A DNA stretch of 63,997 bases, counting the filler, from Asterionella formosa (lineage: Eukaryota): the NCBI GenBank assembly GCA_002256025.1. It is 9 parts of 9 records of this genome, joined end to end, with 100 filler letters (N's around TTAATTAATTAA, not from the genome) between each part and the next. Parts side by side here need not be neighbours in the genome. Positions count along the whole stretch, not along the records: positions 57,128 to 63,997 come from NKIB01012584.1; 8 more parts are not named here. The stretch is one strand, 5' to 3'. Below the pieces are notes generated by a model. It had not been told where the DNA came from, made no database searches, and worked only from the letters and a program-made list of their open reading frames with translations. The position numbers and the translations under genes are program-made. Positions 60,636-63,997 of the stretch are shown piece by piece. Numbering within the stretch: position 1 is the stretch's first letter; every line of letters starts with the position of its first letter.

Positions 60636-63600
60636 TCACTCAAATCCTTCTAACAAAGCAGGTTCCGAGGGAATGGCCACCGCGTTTATTGCCCTGCTGA
60701 TGTTGATTCCTCCATTCTTCATATCGGCAACAATGGTGTCACCGTCAGCGTAATCTCCACGGAGAATACCTTGTGCAACAACAGTCTCCAGCTCACGTTG
60801 GATGGTTCGCTTCAGTGGACGAGCGCCGTAGACAGGATCAAAGCCAATATCGGCCAAGTAGTCCAACGCAGCTTCACTCATTGCCAATGTAATTTGACGA
60901 TCTGCCAGGCGCTTCTCCAGGCGCTTCGATTCCAACTTGACAATTTCACGCAAATTTGTCCTCGACAAACTGTTGAAGATTACGTACTCATCAATGCGAT
61001 TCAAAAATTCGGGTTTGAAGTTGTCCTTCATTGCGTTTGTGACTCTTTGCTTCATGATCTCCTGGTCCCCAATTTCACTAGATCCATTTAGATCAAGGAT
61101 GTCCTTACTTCCGATATTGCTTGTGAAAATGATAATGCAGTTTCTGAAGTTCACAACGGTGCCCTTACTGTCCGTGACACGCCCGTCATCGAGCATCTGC
61201 AACATAACGTTGAAAACATCAGGGTGTGCCTTTTCCATCTCATCAAACAAAAGAACAGAGTATGGCTTTCTACGAACAGCGTCGGTCAATTGGCCACCCT
61301 CGTCATATCCAACGTAACCTGGAGGAGCACCCACAAGACGGGATACTGTGTGCTTCTCCATGTATTCAGACATGTCAAAACGAATCATGGCTTCTTCTGT
61401 GTCGAACATGAATTCACTGAGAGCCTTGCACAACTCAGTCTACGCGAGGATTACAATCAGTTGTTAGTGATGCTTCGAACACAAGTCAAAACCAAGCACA
61501 AATCACGAAATAAAATTACCTTGCCTACTCCAGTCGGTCCAAGGAAGACCAAGGATGCGATTGGCTTCGACGGATCATTGAGTCCAGCACGGGAACGTTG
61601 AATCGCCTCGGTGACAACTCTGATTGCTTCGTCTTGTCCAACAACACGGTTACGAAGCTTGTCGCCCATGGTTAATAAGCGGTCGCGCTCCGATTCCACG
61701 AGTCTTTGTGGTGGGATACCAGTCCAAATTGCTACAACATTAGCAATATCCTCGGCAACGACCTCATCGCGAAGCATCTTCTGGTCATCATCTATACCAG
61801 GGGTTTTGCTGTCAGCAACTTCAAGCTCTTCGAGTTCACGCAATAGCGGTGGGAGTGTTTCATACTTTAGTTGGGCAGCTCTGTTTAGTTCGTATTCACG
61901 TTCTGCTTTTTCAATATCAAGGGTGACCTGAGCAATCTTTCCCTTCAAAGCAGTAATAACGTCCACGCCGCCTTTCTCAGCTTGCCACTTGGAATTAAGT
62001 TCGTCGGACTGTTCTCTGAGCTCCTCCAATTCCATGTCGATCTTGTTGAGACGTGCTCCTTCTTCCTTTACCCCAGGTTTAAAGTTTTCCTCGTCGCTTC
62101 TAAAGTCCGACTGTAAAGACAACCGTTCCATTTCGAGTTGAATAATACGTCGATCGATCTCATCGATTATTGTTGGTTTGGAAGTGAGTTCATTCTTGAG
62201 TTTCGCACAGGCCTCATCGATGAGATCAATGGCCTTGTCAGGAAGGAAGCGGTCTGGAATATAACGGTGGCTAAGCTTGGCAGCAGCTAGAATTGCCTCA
62301 TCGCGAATGCGGACTCCATGGTGAATCTCATAACGGGATTTCAATCCACGAAGGATACTGACAGTATCTTCAGGACTGGGCTCGTCGATCATAACCTGCT
62401 GGAACCGACGCTCCAATGCTTTATCCTTTTCGATGTATTTCCTGTACTCATCGACAGTGGTAGCTCCAATGCAGCGAATTAAACCACGCGCCAAGGCAGG
62501 CTTCAGTAAGTTGGATGCATCCATGGATCCTTGGGCAGCTCCAGCTCCAACTAATGTATGCATCTCGTCAATAAAAAGGAGAATTTCGCCATCACTCTTT
62601 TGAACTTCATCGAGAACCGCCTTCAAACGCTCTTCAAACTCACCACGCATACTAGCGCCAGCAACCAAAGCTCCTAGATCTAATCCAATAAGTCTGCAGT
62701 TCTTCAAAGATTCGGGTACATCACCCGCAACCATACGTTGAGCAATACCTTCGGCGATTGCAGTTTTCCCCACACCAGGATCACCAATCAACACCGGATT
62801 ATTCTTGGTTCGTCTAGAGAGAATCTGAATAGCACGACGAATCTCAGGATCACGCCCAATGACTGGATCCAACTTTCCATCTTCGGCCCTTTCAGTGAAA
62901 TCAATACCGTACTTGAGCAAAGCATCGTAGTTGTTCTCAGCACTTCGCGTATTGGCAGGTCCCGACCGTTCGCGCACCTGCCTCACAGCCTCCAAAATTT
63001 GCGAATAAGCAATCTTTTGCTTCTCGATTGCTGGCTTAGTAAATTGCACGTCTTCCTTACAAAGAGCAAGGATTAGTGCCTCGGTGGAAATGAAAGAGTC
63101 GCCGAGGACCCCTTTCGCGTCATTTCCGGCGTCAAGCACGCGAGCAAGATTTCGGCCCATGGACTTTTGTTGGTTTGCATTTTGAATCTTTGGCTGTTTA
63201 GCAAGGTACTTTTCAAGTTCGCTCCGAAGCTCCTTAGTATCAACTCCAGCCTTGTTAAAAACCTTGTCGACGACTCGTTTTGCGCTTTCGGCACTCTCCC
63301 CTGCGTTGTGTTTGGATGGATTGAGGAGGACGTCCAAGAGGATTGGCGATTCAATTGTGCTTGCCTCGTAGTAGTCAGCCGCCTTGGTAAGAGTAGCTAT
63401 AGAAGACCATGCTGCCTCTGTGTACTTCGATTCGTTGAATGCGTCCGACGACATTCGAAGGGAACTCGAAGACGCGACTTTAGAAGCGCCAGAAGGTCGA
63501 TGATTGAGATGAGCAAACGAGTTGCTGAAGGGGTTCATGAAGTTTTCGTGAATACCCAAGCCCTCGACAGATTTTCCAAAACTCCTGGAGGACGCTGGAG

Positions 63601-63691
63601 CAAAAGCAAATGTCGGGTTCAAGCTGCTGATGACAGCAACCAAAGCGAACGCCAAGATCGCCTGACGATACTCATACGAAACGATTGCCAT
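60636..63691 (-). CDS. clpB: Plastid ClpB/Hsp100 disaggregase (intron 61440-61519)
   Basis: TFAFAP presequence; [33 protein letters not shown], coiled-coil M domain; the intron splits GPTGVGK|TELCK; GARPLKR. Confidence 0.98.
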
Positions 63692-63997
63692 TTTTCTTCA
63701 AGTCGTGAAAGTCAAAATATAAGCAATAAGGTAACTTCAAAAGGCAATGCCTGTCGAATTGCGATTTTCCCCCTGAGAGTGAATCAATCAGGTGCAATGA
63801 TGATGGTAAACTATCGAAAGAAAAAGATTTCGATTCTCGATTTTGTGTGAACCATATAATTGATAATGGATGTGTCGTTTCTTGGTTTATTGATGGTTCG
63901 CTGATGCTGCGGACTGACACATCGATTTCTACGTAGCTCTTGCTGGGTTCGCAAAAATGTGTCACGTGGAGAAACGAAGCAGTATTATACGGAATAG

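Noticed and set aside
47992..63691. Bacterial contamination or HGT suggested by rsmB and clpB (also coaE)
   Set aside because: rsmB and clpB have spliceosomal introns, and all three have N-terminal targeting extensions typical of nuclear-encoded organellar proteins.
60771..63850. Antisense ORFs over clpB (and similar ones over PELO, rsmB and the ankyrin gene)
   Set aside because: They are shadow ORFs of strongly conserved genes on the opposite strand.

Overview
Eukaryotic nuclear DNA, almost certainly from a diatom: it has a fucoxanthin-chlorophyll a/c protein, ASAF-type bipartite plastid presequences, short GT-AG introns, and CoDi/GyDi/CryptonS-type transposons. The window is not one locus. 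It is nine unrelated ~7 kb scaffolds joined by artificial 100-bp N44-TTAATTAATTAA-N44 spacers in order of decreasing length, so nothing can be inferred about gene neighbourhood across a spacer. Host genes include an LRR array, an ankyrin protein, a plastid 2OG-Fe(II) oxygenase/Sel1-like protein, a Q-rich diatom-type protein, a DXO/Rai1-like nuclease, ADAT1, an STN1/RPA2-like protein, Pelota, dephospho-CoA kinase, an SH3-like membrane protein, a SHOCT protein, RsmB, an Elongin-A-like protein, an Lhc/FCP and ClpB. Much of the rest is decayed mobile DNA: Copia gag, Gypsy pol, Tc1/IS630-like, Plavaka-like, CryptonS, LINE and Mutator/Kolobok-like fragments, and a 90-bp MITE family. The most notable observations are (1) a multi-copy unclassified element encoding a Ulp1/C48-like protease, possibly part of a large Plavaka-like cargo element; (2) a ~1.17-kb repeat hiding a spliced minus-strand transcript with a 28-nt microexon; (3) an LRR gene built from homogenised 72-bp cassettes; and (4) a highly iterated GGTACC/CCWGG palindrome found upstream of genes on independent scaffolds. 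All family assignments come from motif recognition by eye; no database searches were run.
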